DNA from: Paecilomyces variotii
Taxonomy: Eukaryota
DNA length: 64,000 bases
Direction: 5' to 3' (one strand)
NCBI GenBank assembly: GCA_004022145.1
Contig: RCNU01000008.1
Below the pieces are notes generated by a model, which was given only the letters and a program-made list of their open reading frames with translations, was not told where the DNA came from and ran no database searches. Shown here piece by piece: positions 1-12,538 of the stretch (positions within the stretch are counted from its first letter, which is position 1; every line of letters begins with the position of its first letter). The position numbers and the translations under genes were made by a program.

Positions 1-2080
1 AATTAATTAATTTATAATTACTTTATTAACTTTACTTTAATACTCTATTATTTAGTTCTATTTTTATTCTTATTTAAATAAGTTTTATTAGGTTTAATAA
101 GAAGTTATATATTATTTTCTTTAATTATTTTTTCTATTATTAAAGCTGCTATATCTTAATCTTTCTTTAGTTTATTATTATTAAGGTAGTAAAGGGTTTT
201 AATAGTTCTTATTCTATCTATTATTTTTTTATAGAAATTAGTATATTTAATAATAAATAGGGTATAGTAGTCTATATTTAATTCTTAAATTATCTATTAT
301 TTAAACTTCTTTAAAAATCTTTAAAGATATTAAACTCTTTATAAATATTAGCTTAATTTATTTAAAGTTATTAATATTTCTAATATAGCTTAATACTCTT
401 AGTTATATTCTTTTAAATCCTTAGAGCTATTATATTTTATATTTTTAAACCTTTTTAGCTATTAAATATTATATTTTTTTTAATACTTATTATAATAAGT
501 ATATTTTTATTTAATTGCTTTTACTAGTTTTAAGTAATTCTTTTCTTTATATTTAAATTAAGTATTTATCTATAATAATATTAATAGGCTATAATAATTT
601 ATAAACTATTTAGTTTTCTTCTTTTCTAAGAGTTAATTTATCTTATATAACTTTTTAAAAAGCCTTAAATAATAAATAATATTATCTTCTTTAAAATATA
701 GTATCTTAAGATTTCTAGGTATTAATATTTATAGAGCTAATATAATCTAGATTAATTATATTATTAATAGTCCTATATTTTTAAATACTTAAGCTATTTA
801 TACCTCTAGACCTAGTAATATTAAAAAGCTAAAAATCTTTCCCTCTTAATTAATGCTAAAAAGATTAGTACTTTTTTTTATATTTTTCTAAAAAAATAGT
901 AATAAAGATAATAATAAGAAATTCTTCTATTTTTTAATAAATAATTTTTATTTAATAATTTCTTATTCCTTTTAAATTTTTACTTCTTTTTTATACCTAT
1001 TAAGCTCTTTCTTATATTTAATAATCTTTCTTTTTTTTTATTACTAGTATACTTTTTTATTTTATATTATATTTATTATCTCTACTAATTTAAGAGATAT
1101 ATTTATCTCTTTTTATTTATAATAGTAATTTCCCTTAGTTATTTTATTTATCTTTTTATTACTTTTTATCTCTTTTTTTAATTTTAGCCTTAACCTTAGC
1201 TTTTAATTCTCTTTTTTTTTTATTTCTGCTTAATATTTTAATACCCCCTATATTTAGCTCTAATTTATTATAAGATAAGGTATTAAAACTTAATAATAAG
1301 TCTTAAAGTATAAGAGAATAAAAGAAAAAAAGGAGAGCTTTATTCTTTAGGGCTTAAGGTAAAGCTAAAAGAAAAGCTTTATTAATAAAGTAATATAATA
1401 AGTAAAAGCTGCTTTATTATTAAATTAATACTAAATAATAATTAAAAGAGAAACTACTTATTTTATTCTATATTTACTAACTAATCTCTTTTGCCTTCTC
1501 TCTGCCCTATTAGAAGTATTTAAGCTACTTCTTCTAATAATAGCATATAACTTACTGATCTAATTATATCTTTAGAACTTCCTTAACTACTATTTCTCCC
1601 TACTATAATAGCTTTAAGCTATTATTCTTTTATAGATTTACTACTTAAGCAGTTTTAATATAATATATTACTAGATATAAATTTACTTATAAGAGATTAT
1701 ATACCTCTTATATTTAAGGAAGTATACTTTTTATCTATATATTTTATCAGATTATAAGATTAGCCCTTTTAATAAGGCTAAGCTCTATTATATAAGTAAG
1801 CGGGCTAATTAGCTAAGCTAATTAATTCCTCTAATAAAGGAAATTACTTACTTAATTACTTTAATTATATAATATCTTAATATTATAATACTTTAACTAT
1901 AAAAAATTCTTATATACTATACTATATCTAATAGGTTAGTATAATTTAAGTATTTAAAATAAGTTAGACTAGCTTTTAAAATTACGCTAAGTATATATTA
2001 AAAGAAATCTCAGCGTAGTAGTAATAGGGCATTGCAAAGGCAGGAAAAAATAGCAATATTTAGAACTACGCTGAGAGATT
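1..2080. mobile_element. RIP-degraded AT-rich repeat / transposon relic (family unidentifiable), continues beyond window start
   Basis: Overwhelmingly A/T with abundant TpA, scarce CpA/TpG and no ORF of 60 aa or more; composition returns to normal abruptly near 2080. This is the established signature of repeat-induced point mutation. Confidence 0.85.
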
Positions 2081-2154
2081 TTAGAACCACGCCGAGCTGG
2101 CACCCCGTCTGTGTGTCATATCAAACGCATTCGGATAATTTCTCACATTCACAC

Positions 2155-2226
2155 GGGCCTGTGGCGCAACGGTAGCGCGTTCGACTCCAGATCGAAAGGT
2201 TGTTGGTTCAAATCCTGCCGGGCTCA
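2155..2226 (+). tRNA. tRNA-Trp (anticodon CCA), intronless, 72 nt
   Basis: Acceptor stem GGGCCTG/CGGGCTC plus discriminator A; D arm TGGCGCAACGGTAGCGC; anticodon arm TTCGA-CTCCAGA-TCGAA; T loop GGTTCAAATCC; T-runs downstream (Pol III terminator). Confidence 0.97.
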
Positions 2227-2590
2227 TGTGTCTTTTTTGTTTTTTATTTTTTTTTGCCTTATAATTATTTCTTTTTTGCATGAATTGGATGGGGGATAAA
2301 TATTCCTTGGCATCCGCTAACTATCTTTCTAATCCACTAATCCAGACAATGACAGCCTGTCTCAGAGTAATACCACCCAAGATTCTAATTCTACGACTTG
2401 ACCCTGAACTATGTCTGATTGGCTAAAGATAAGAAGTACCAGAAGAACATAAATGTTGGACTCAATTTTCAATGTTCCAGACGAGAGAGGAGAAAAGGCA
2501 CGGGAACCCGTACAGCAATTGAAAGGACAGAAGATGGTCTATAATTTCTTGCCAATAATGCCGATAGTTATTTGATGGCGGCAAAAGGGT

Positions 2591-2687
2591 TGACTCATTC
2601 ACGGGCTTATCTTGCCCCACGTGACCTTCATTTTGCCCGCATTCGCCGACTCCGGAGTTCAAACTTTTCCCCGAGCCGGTGTGACTC
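2591..2687 (+). promoter_or_regulatory. CpcA/Gcn4 (cross-pathway control) sites upstream of arg1
   Basis: Perfect TGACTCA at 2591-2597 and TGACTC at 2682-2687, within 190 bp of the ATG of an amino acid biosynthesis gene; ARG1 is a known Gcn4 target in yeast. Confidence 0.65.
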
Positions 2688-2779
2688 TCATTATTCCCCA
2701 GATCTTTAAGTTGTCTTCTTTCTCAATTGCATCCTTGGACTCTGGAAGCTTCAGCTTTAATCTATAATCGTCCGCAATC

Positions 2780-4287
2780 ATGAAGGGCAGAGTTTGTCTC
2801 GCTTACTCCGGTCAGTACGCAATACTCATACATCTTTTCTTCTAAAGCACTGACCGTACCCCGCAGGCGGTCTCGATACCAGCACCATTCTGCGATGGCT
2901 CCTGGACGAGGGCTATGAGGTTGTCTGCTTCCTCGCCAATGTTGGTCAGAAGGAGGACTGGGAGTCCGTCCGGGCCAAGGCCAAGCAGATTGGTGCTTCC
3001 AAGATGGTTATCCTCGACCTCCGCCGCGAGTTCATCGAGCAGCTCTGCTACCGTGCCGTGCAGTGCAACGCCCAGTACGAGGGACGATATCTGCTTGGAA
3101 CCAGTCTGGCCCGCCCTGTGATCGCCCGTGCTCAGATGCGCGTTGCTCAGGAGGAGGGCTGTGACTATGTCTCTCACGGCTGCACTGGCAAGGGCAACGA
3201 CGGTATCCGTTTCGAGCTGGCTTTCCTTGCCATTGACCCTAAGATCAAGATCATCGCTCCCTGGAGAATCAAGGAGTTCTGCGACCGCTTCCAGGGCCGT
3301 AGCGATCTCCTTGACTACGCCGCTGAGAAGAAGATCCCCGTTACCTCCACCAAGGCCAAGCCCTACAGTATGGACGAGAACGAGAGCCACTGCAGTTACG
3401 AGGCCGGCTCCCTCGAAGATCCCTCTATTCCTCCCCCCGACGACATGTGGATCAAGACCGTCGACCCTCGCCAGGCTCCTGACGAGCCCACTGACATTAC
3501 CATTTCTTTCGAGAAGGGTATTCCCGTCAAGCTCGTCGCCCAGGGCAAGGAGATCACCGACAGTGTCGAGATCTTCGTTGCTCTCAACGAGATTGGCCGC
3601 GAGAACGGCATTGGCAGAATCGACATTGTCGAGGTGCGTTTGGATGTTCCTAAACAAAGGGGCTTGGAAGGCTGTATCGTGTACTGATTAGTATCTAGAA
3701 CCGCTTCATCGGTCTGAAGAGCCGTGGCTGCTACGATGCTCCCGCCATGACCATCCTCAGACTCGCTCACTTGGACGCCGAGTCCCTCGTCATGGATGGC
3801 CGTGTTCGCTCGCTCCGTGACCAATTCGTTACTCACCACTGGTCTGAGCTCCTCTACAACGGTCTCTACTTCTCCCCTGAGCGGGAGTTCATCGAGAACT
3901 CCCTGGTGTTCTGCCAGCGCCGCGTGGTATGTATATATTGACATCTTTCCCGTCGCCCTGTAGGGGAGTATGGGTCTTTCTATGAACAGGGACTAACACC
4001 TTTCGCGCAGAACGCCGATGTCCGTCTCCGCTGCTACAAGGGCAACGTCTACGTCCTCGGACGCAGCTCCAAGACCGAGAAGCTCTACGATTCCGAGCAG
4101 GCCTCCATGGACACTCTCACTGACTTCAGCCCTCAAGATACCAGTATGTCGATGCCTTTCCTACTGTCTGTCTGGACGCCTTTACTAACTGTCTACTGCA
4201 GCCGGTTTCATCAACGTCAACGCTATCCGTCTCAAGAAGTACGGACAGCAGAAGGCCGAGGAGGGCAACAGCCTCGCAAAGGCTTAA
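2780..4287 (+). CDS. arg1: Argininosuccinate synthase (5 exons)
   Basis: MKGRVCLAYSG|GLDTS N-terminus, YLLGTSLARP, SHGCTGKGND, GRIDIVE|NRFIGLKSRGCY; canonical GT-AG introns; TAA at 4285-4287. Confidence 0.97.
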
Positions 4288-5003
4288 AAACCTTAAAACG
4301 GGATACTGTCATTATGTGCATGTTATCTAGCTATTTAAGGCACGACGTGGATCTATATTCTTCAGGGGCCTGTTCATTTGTTTCGGTTTTGCATCATTGA
4401 GGCCACGCATCACATCACGTTTATGGTATAGAAAAGAGATGCAGTCATGTCTCTAGTAAAATTTACGGTGTTACAATGAGACTTCGGAAATGGAGTCCTA
4501 AAAAGAATTAAAGAGTTATGACAAATCTTTTTACCATGCACCCTTTCTTTTGCTCGTCCACACCCCGTTGTAATTTCTTCCGGCTCTTTCCTAACTGTGA
4601 ACAACTGGTCCTGGGTCTGGGATCATATCACCTTACTCTAGGACTTCCGGCGAGTAAAATGATATTATTGACCTCACTCTCGTTGGTAGAAAGAAGCTTA
4701 ACACGAACTTGTCCTGTTCATACCCTGACTTGATCCAAGGGAATGAATCAATTTGATAAACCCCATCTCTTCTCCAGAACCGAACAACAGTCGTTGTGGG
4801 TAATTGCCGGAAAAATCGAACTTCCTCTCAGTTTCACTACATCTCTTCCTGGTGTCAATGATGATAGAGACAGGAAATCTCATTCCGCGTATCCATGTGT
4901 TTGTACTATTCACTCTAACATACCACAGTGACAAAACTTATTGACTGGTCTCCAAGTGTAAAATCCTAAACAGCATGTCTGGAAAGAAAAAAAGCAAAAA
5001 ATA

Positions 5004-5075
5004 TGAGCCCGGCAGGATTTGAACCAACAACCTTTCGATCTGGAGTCGAACGCGCTACCGTTGCGCCACAGGCCC
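5004..5075 (-). tRNA. tRNA-Trp (anticodon CCA), identical to the copy at 2155-2226
   Basis: Exact reverse complement of 2155-2226; followed on its own strand by T-runs (A-runs at ~4983-5001 on +). Confidence 0.97.
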
Positions 5076-5332
5076 GTACAATGATATTAGTCATCCATAT
5101 TTTGGTTTCAACAGCGGAAAAGATTGTGGTCAATTCAATGTACTCAGGTAGGTAGTTATTGAATTGGGTAGATAGTTCTTGTTCGCGCATAGCCTTTACA
5201 TTCGGTGAATATTGGCCCTTAATCGACACTAAATAGCCTCAGTCTAATCCTTCTTATCATTTTCTGTATAGCGAGCGGAATATATGATATCACAAACAAT
5301 ATCGCGGGATCCCAGCAAAGCTGGATCCTCCA

Positions 5333-7215
5333 TCAAACCTTGGAAAGTAGAAAGCCGTCATTCTGCAGCTTCTGGAAGACCTGCGACGGGTCGTACTTAA
5401 GAGACACAGCCTTCAGTTTCGCCAAGTTTTCTTCTCCATACGACATTAACGGGTTCTCATCTCTCGATGCATCGTTCATGTAGACGAAAGGATCGTGCAA
5501 TCCTCGCTCTTGCCCTAGCTCCTTCCACTTCTTCGTGGTTGCGATTGATACCTCTCTCACAATTGCATCGTCACTAGCGTGTTCCCAGTCTATGAGGGTA
5601 GTCCACCCTATTGTAAGAAATATTAGCTTCTAGTCCGTACAGCCCTTAATAAAGGGGAGACTCACATTGAGCATTTTCCGGCCGCAAACCGAGGCAATTT
5701 CCGCCTTTCTCGATCCCGTACTGAACCATGGAGGCAGAAATTGGTTGAAGGACGAAAGTCTGATTAGCTCCCGTAGAGTCTCTCACTGCGAGTGCTTTTT
5801 CTCTCCAGAAATTGTAAACGTCTTCGTACAGCTGGGCGTCGATTTTGGAGCTCGCGCCGCGGTAGTCGTGTCGTTGCAAGCTTTTAGACAGGCCCAAATG
5901 TCAGTTTATGGGATTCATAGAAAATGGACGTGATCTGATGAAATCTTACTGAGGAGGACAACTAGAGGCAGCTGCTCCTAGAATCTGTGTCAGAGCTAGA
6001 ACTGTGCCATTAGTAGGTGGTATAGCCTGAGTAACAGCAGGTATGTCGTTGAATGGCGCGAAGCAGGCCGGTTGCTCGGAACAAGGCTCAGAGTATATCA
6101 AGCCCAGCGTGACAACGTCCAGACTAACGATCAAAGCTACGGTAGCCTTAACATCAGAGAAAGTATTTTGCCATTCCGCGAAGGCTTGGAAAATGGAAGG
6201 GACCTGCTCGATCTGGTATATGTCGATTTGATACCAGATGTTATTCACGGGGATGCTGTAGAGGTCAAAACGTGTGACAACCCCTGCAGCAGTTAGTTCT
6301 ACTACAAGTCCTACAATTGATTTGTTTTTATTTTCTGACCGAAATTGGCACCTCCTCCCTTCAGTGCCCAGAAGAGATCCGGCTTGTCTTCCATATTTAC
6401 GTTGGTAACTGTGCCGTCGGCAAGCACGATCTTTTAAGGTCAGCAAAGAGCACTTAGCGGCGTGGGGAGATTTTATACTTCAAAATTCTTGACGTTGTCT
6501 GCGGCAAGGCCATACTGGCTTGAGAAATGGAAAAAGCCGCCTAACCACTGATTAGTTCTCTGAATCATAAGTAGTCATGAAGTCAGACGCACCCCCTAAT
6601 ATCAAGCCACCAACGCCCACTGACGGAATACGGCCGCCAATAACACTGATTCCGCTTGAATCCAAAGCAGTGTAGACGTCGCCCCACAGCGCACCGGGAC
6701 CTAAGCTCACAATCTGTTTATCTTCGCTGACAGTGATCTGATTGAGGTTCTTGAGATCTATCACGAGGCCTGGCTGGCCCGTACTGGACCAGCCAGGGTT
6801 CGGCGAATGGCCACCACTGCGGATGGAAAACGTAATGCGTAGAGACTGCACGACTTTTAGAACAATAGAGACGTCATCTCCAGACTTCGGGAGGACAATA
6901 AAAGATGGAAACTCGGAACAAGCGGCCGACCTTTCGCACAATTGTTTAGCAGTCACTCGCTTAAGGCTGAAGTAAAGAAGAGCCTTACCAGTGAGCGTCC
7001 AATGCTGACACTCCTTCCGGGTCATTCACGATGAGAAGTTGAAAGAAACTGGACAGCAACAGAAAAGCGATTTTTATTGAAGCTGACTTGGTAATATTCT
7101 GACTGGAAAATATGGCTGCAGTATCAGAGTCCCCTTGCAGCCATTCCTGTAGCTTCTGGGCCTGTAGAGAGGAGAGACTTAGACTCTCGACGAACGTGGT
7201 AATCTTGTCCGACAT
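5333..7215 (-). CDS. FAD-linked oxidoreductase (VAO/BBE-like), 7 exons
   Basis: RSGGHS covalent-FAD motif, GGRIPSVGVGGLILGG, LFWALKGGGANFG, C-terminal YMNDA...YDPSQVFQKL; exons join in frame. Confidence 0.9.
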
Positions 7216-7456
7216 GCTTGCAGATAGGATGAATGAAGAGTTCAAGCAAATCCGAAAGACAGACGCATAGCCGCCTGAAATAAGAAAGATGGACGGGAGG
7301 CCTAGACCACGTGAATGGGGCCAAATCTAGTTGTTTATTCTAAAGTAGATAAATAGCGCCTCTTCTCCAAGATACTCTTTGTTCCATTCTGCACTATAAC
7401 ATTGTTGTCAATTATTGCCTCCAACACTAAACATAACCACGGTACCGAGTACGAAT

Positions 7457-8460
7457 ATGACAGCCAACACCTCATCCACAGTGAAATCCAGGCAGGCACT
7501 GGATGCTCAATATGGAGGAAATAATCGATCAGGCTGGCTGAAGAATATTCCCGACTCCTGGCTACCTTTTGTGCAACTTGCCCGACTCAGCCCACCAGCA
7601 GGAGTTTTTCTGCTCTACTTTCCGCACTTATTCGGGGCTCTTCATGCTGCCATTCTCACAAAGTCTCCAGCTTCTGAAGCGCTCCGCACGAGTGTACTCA
7701 TGTTTGGGGGCAGCTTTTTTCTGTCCAACGCCGTTCACATATGGGACGACCTGATTGATGCCCCGCTAGACGCCTTGGTGGAACGTACATGCAATCGACC
7801 GATTCCGCGAGGGGCAGTGTCCCCCGCTGCTGCATTAGTATTCACCTTTTCTCAGGCGATATGCGCTGCGGCGTTTCTTCCCTGTATCCCGGTTGGGTTT
7901 ATACAGAGCGTCCTGTATGTGGCTCCTGCGATCGTTGGGTGGACATACTATCCCTGGGCCAAGCGACACACCAATTTCCCACAACTGGTACTCGGGCTTT
8001 GCGTCTCTTGGGGGATAGTCATAGGGTCCCTAGCAGGTGGGTTTCTGCCTTTGGCCATCGATGACGGCCATCGGGTCACGGTGGCGACCTCCAGTCTCTG
8101 TCTGTTTGGCGCCTGTACCCTCTGGTCCGTGATATACGACACTATCTACGCACACCAAGATTTGACAGACGACAAGAAGTTTGGGATTAAGAGCATGGCT
8201 GTTCTGTTCGAAGGGAGAACGAAACCTCTGCTTTCGCTGCTTTTGGTGGCCATGACAGTGCTGTTGATCGGATGCGGGTCACACAGCGGGATGTCCGTCG
8301 TGTATTACACTGTTGCAGTACTTGGATCGGCGATTTCGGGACCATGATCTGGAACGTTGATTTGAAAGACAGCCAGAGCTGTTGGTGGTGGTTCGGAAAT
8401 GGGTTCTGGCTTGCGGGAGGATCAATTGCAGGGGTTTTGGCGCTGGAACTGTTGTGGTAA
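7457..8460 (+). CDS. UbiA-family aromatic prenyltransferase with an apparent frameshift near 8335-8340
   Basis: WDDLIDAPLD...RTCNRPIPRG, YPWAKRHTNFPQ and YDTIYAHQD motifs. Frame stops at 8347 while the COQ2-like tail (GTMIWNVDLKDSQSCWWWF...) continues in another frame to 8460. Confidence 0.88.
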
Positions 8461-9010
8461 CCAAAGGCAGTGTATGTACATACATAGTTATTAGGACTGG
8501 AGGGTATATATCCCTGTGGCACTACTGTAGAAGACAGGGTTAAGCCTGACTGTCAAAGGGTTGAGGTAAGCACTAGCGTAGTCGACCAGCTAAGGTAAAT
8601 GCTAAGTAACTAGTTGTTCGGGTGTGTTACATTATTACTTATTATTCGCACAGCATGCCTAAAGGCGATAATGATTTTCAGTCCACCTACAACTACCAAT
8701 TTGGGCCCTTGTTATACTACAGCTCCAACATCCAGAATGTCTCGTTCTTAAACATGCAAGTGATGTTGGCCGTTGGATCTGCCATTTATGGATCGATGCT
8801 AGGTGTCCAGCAGACCACAGCCTGGATACAGACAAGGGATGCTCAGGCGGGTGGAAGAGGTCGAGTCCTCACGATTAAAGGGAAAAGGGTTCTTCGAAAA
8901 TTCCAAGTCCAAAGACTGCAGGTGTCTTTATCTATATGAAAGAGGAGAGAGTCAGTTCCCAGTGGTAACCAGAACAGGCGAGCAATTTGGTCATCATAAC
9001 GATCCTAAAA

Positions 9011-10272
9011 ATGTTCTCCAGAGACTCAACATTGCTGCCGCCCCCAGAGACAATCAACAACACACACAAGGTTTACTCTGTTGCGATAGCATGTATTGTC
9101 CTTGGGATTATCTCTAGCGGATGTGTTATTCTACGACTTATGCAGAGACTTTCTACACGATCGTTTGGTCCTGATGACTACGCTATTATTCCTGGGCTGG
9201 TAAGTTTGGATATCGGCATTAAAACGCTCCTAAGTTCTGAAAGATGTGATGATCAGATGCTCTATATCGGATGGACCGCGATGGCGGCCTATGTCAATCT
9301 ACACGCTGGTGTCGGAAAGCCGCTCTGGGAGATCACCGTAGGGGAGTTTTCGGTCTGGTTCAAGGTAACGAGACAAGGAATTGGTGTGATCGAAGCAACG
9401 CTGTCTAATCAAATGCTTCAGGGTATTATCGGATCAGCCTGGATTTATCCAGCGATGAGCATGTCGATACGGACTTCTATCCTATTAACCTATGACAGAA
9501 TATTCGCGAAGTCGATGCCGACGGTGCGCTTTATCATTCGGTTCTTACTCAGTCTGCAAGTCATCTACCTGATTGTTTACTCTATTCTTCCGGCCTTCAT
9601 TTGTCGCCCTCTTAACAAAGCTTGGCATCCGCTGGAACGGCAACAATATTTCAACGATTGGTACTATTACTACCTTCAAGTGGCGTTGTATAGCACCAGT
9701 ATGGCTTTTGACGTGATTCTCCTTGTTCTGCCACTGTACCCGATTAGCCAGCTGCAGATGGCTCTGCGGAAACGAATCGGGATCGGATCAATTCTAGTTC
9801 TTGGGGCATGGTACTTTATCCCTTCAGTGATATTGTTCGAATCTTCTGCTAATGGAGTATCCTATCCAGCGCAGGAATAGCTGCAGCGTATAAATTGGGC
9901 ATCTTCGTCCAGCAGATGACGCGCTACACAGACATCAACCCTAGATGTAAGTAATACTCCAACATCCACATTCATCCAACTATCTAACCGTTAAAAGGGA
10001 GTCAATACGAGATGAGCCAGCTCATCCCACCCCAGTTCGACAAGTATGGCAACACGTTTTGGATTCCCTCACAGGTGGAACCATCCGTCGCGTTGATCGG
10101 GACATCTCTACCTGCAATGAGGCAGTTTGTAGTAAGAATGAGAGAGAAAGAGGAGGAAAGTAAAGGGCGATTGAGGATTGGAGACTCGGATCCTTATGAT
10201 TTACGTCGAGTTCACTCCAAGGTTCCACTACGGACTGAAAACTTGGACATCAGTTCTAATACCGTAGCATGA
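9011..10272 (+). CDS. Fungal rhodopsin-domain (Pth11/Sat4-like, no CFEM) integral membrane protein, 5 exons
   Basis: Seven-TM hydrophobic pattern; RSFGPDDY, RTSILLTYDRIF, FICRPL, FDVILLVLP, VEPSVALIGTSLP; introns join in frame. Confidence 0.85.
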
Positions 10273-10543
10273 AAGGACAGATGTGTATTTGGACTGAGGC
10301 AGATAGATTACGATGACATGATATCTTATACGGCGCTTTTAGTTGAACTTGATATGCATGATAGCTAGTATAGATTATGGTGGCGTTTAATATGGACCTA
10401 TCAGAAAATAGCCCCGAATAAATAGAAAACCGTTGGTTTTGGGTTGGAATTCTATTTATGTAGTATAATCCATCCACTTCCCCCAAAGCCAGACTCAATC
10501 CATATCTCCGTTTCCTTTTTCCTTGCAATCCACGACAAACACC

Positions 10544-11350
10544 ATGGGTGACTCTGAACCATCTAAACTCTTCTCGGTGTATGCACTCCTCAACAAAACC
10601 TCCCTTACTCCAACTGAGAAACGAACTGACAGAGCCACCAAATCAAAATAGATTCAACAACGCCATAACCACCCACCTCTACCCACACTCCAACAGCGCC
10701 TTCGCCTACGACGTAACCTTTATCCGCTCTGTGTGGCCCTCCGAGCTCAGTAACAAGAAACCACCTCTCCACTTCCACCCCTATCAGAAGGAATACATCC
10801 AGGTAACAGAGGGCACCCTCTGCGTGGATATCGAAGGCTCACCTCGCGTGCTGGACCCCTCTATTGGCGAGATATGCATCTTACCATGGACGAACCATCG
10901 GTTATATCCGCCTGAGGACTTTGGTGGTTCAGATACGATCAGGTTTCTGCTTAGTGGAGAGGAATCTGGGAGGATGTTTCAGTTGGATAGTATGTTTTTT
11001 GAGAATTGGTATCGGTATCAGGAGGCGGCTGTTGATGGGGAGGGGCTAAAATCGGTGCAGGTTATGGCAGTATGTTTGTGATAATTCCTCTATATAATCT
11101 AGTGTGTGATACGTTTGGCTGATGAATATATTGGTAACAGATGTTTGATGCTGGAGGTACGTATTTGACGTTGCCGTGGTGGATTCCATTTTCTCGGACC
11201 TGTGCTGTTGTGTTGGGTATCGTCGTCGGTCGGTGGCTTGGGAGTTTATTGGGATATCAGCCTTACTACCGGCAATGGACTTCAGATTGGGGGTTGGCGT
11301 GTGAGAAAATGAAGACTTCGATCTGGCACAGGCGATTTGCAACTGTGTAA
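10544..11350 (+). CDS. Cupin-domain protein of the type found in secondary-metabolite clusters, 3 exons
   Basis: PPLHFHPYQKEYIQVTEG ... PWTNHRLYP cupin H-x-H...E...H motif, FFENWYRY, C-terminal VGRWLGSLLGYQPYY. ATG 10544 joins in frame across a GTATGC..AG intron. Confidence 0.85.
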
Positions 11351-11457
11351 ACAGTGGTTGTTTACAATACCATGATAAGAAATGAGTCGACAACGTTTTA
11401 TTCTCATTATTCTACCTACCATGTCAGGACTAGAAATTATGTAGTGATGGCAGGGTT

Positions 11458-12538
11458 TCATTCATCGAACCCTGCTTGAAGAGCAGTGTTTTCCTTTGTA
11501 ATCCTAGACCACTCAAGAGTCTTCCGCCACAATGCCTGCTGTTTCTCCTCATTCAAGCTATCGGGGGAGCTCACGTCCTTCTTGGAGAGGGTAAAGTAGC
11601 CGCGCTCATTCGGGCTGGATGCGTTGGTGGCAAACTCGACTATATCAACAGCAGCTTCTCGGACAGTGCGCATTGTGGGGTCTGCAAAACGACGCAACAA
11701 GAAGAGAAATGGTCGAATGATGAAATATGACAGGAAGGTGAAGAAGGCCGGGGTGTTTACTCGCAGTGCGCGAGAATCGGCCAGGTTGCCTGGGTTCACC
11801 GCTATCGCAGTGACATGTTTCAGCGCGGGGTCCTGTGATATTGCCAAATTAGGTAACTGCAGAACAGAGACAGAGATGAAAAGGACAGAAAAATTAGGAT
11901 AGAGTACATGCCCTTTCCAGGTAACGGTTCAACGCATACATCCACATGACAATGGCTAGTTTCGAATTGGCATACTGCTGGAACCCCCGACCCATCGGAT
12001 CTGCCGGTGTCTGCGCTGCCGGCTTCACCAGCGTCTCCAGCTTGTCCGGGATCGCAGGGGGGTACTTTTCTAGGCCGTTCTTCCCGGGCCAGTGGGCATC
12101 GCTGCTAAAGAGCACAATGCGACCGCTAGATTCCGGGCTGAAGCAGCCTAGTAGACGCAGGATAAGTGCTGCGTGAGCAATGTGGTTGACCTGGAAGGTC
12201 TTCTCGTAACCATCGCCAGTCAGTTCGCCCTTGGCACGTAGATTCCAGTAGTAGGCATTGCAAACGATGCTAGCGAGAGGCGGAAGCTTTCCGGTCTTGA
12301 TTTCTTCAGCAACGGTAGTAGCGAAGTCATGAACAGAGGAGAGATCTGCTAGATCCAGCTGTCTGACGCTGACTTTGTCGGCTTGCGACTGCGGGATAAA
12401 AGCAAGAATGTTCTTAATCGCCTCTTGGTTGCGAACTGTTAGCAGAAGGTTGTAATCAGGGTATTTGGAGAGAAGCAGCTGGACGGCTGGAGTGGCTAGA
12501 GAGCCATTGGCGCCGGTGATGATGATTGTGCCAGCCAT
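11458..12538 (-). CDS. Short-chain dehydrogenase/reductase, 2 exons (GC-AG intron 11833-11911)
   Basis: TGANGSLA Rossmann motif, VCNAY, catalytic YANSK, VNPGNL. Confidence 0.9.

Noticed and set aside
1-1950. Assigning the AT-rich block to a specific transposon family, centromere or telomere
   Set aside because: Too mutated to translate; no TTAGGG arrays; the rest of the block lies outside the window.
2081-2299. Short ORFs containing PAGFEPTTFRSGVER (also 4966-5229)
   Set aside because: These are translations of the tRNA-Trp genes.
2842-3944. Long antisense ORFs (271 aa and 182 aa) opposite arg1, and similar shadows opposite ura7, pcaA, vps24 and yra1
   Set aside because: Expected by-product of codon bias on the coding strand; no recognisable motifs, and some run through introns of the real gene.
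4850-4960. ATGATGA box-C-like motif between arg1 and the second tRNA (possible snoRNA)
   Set aside because: No suitably placed CTGA box D or terminal stem found.
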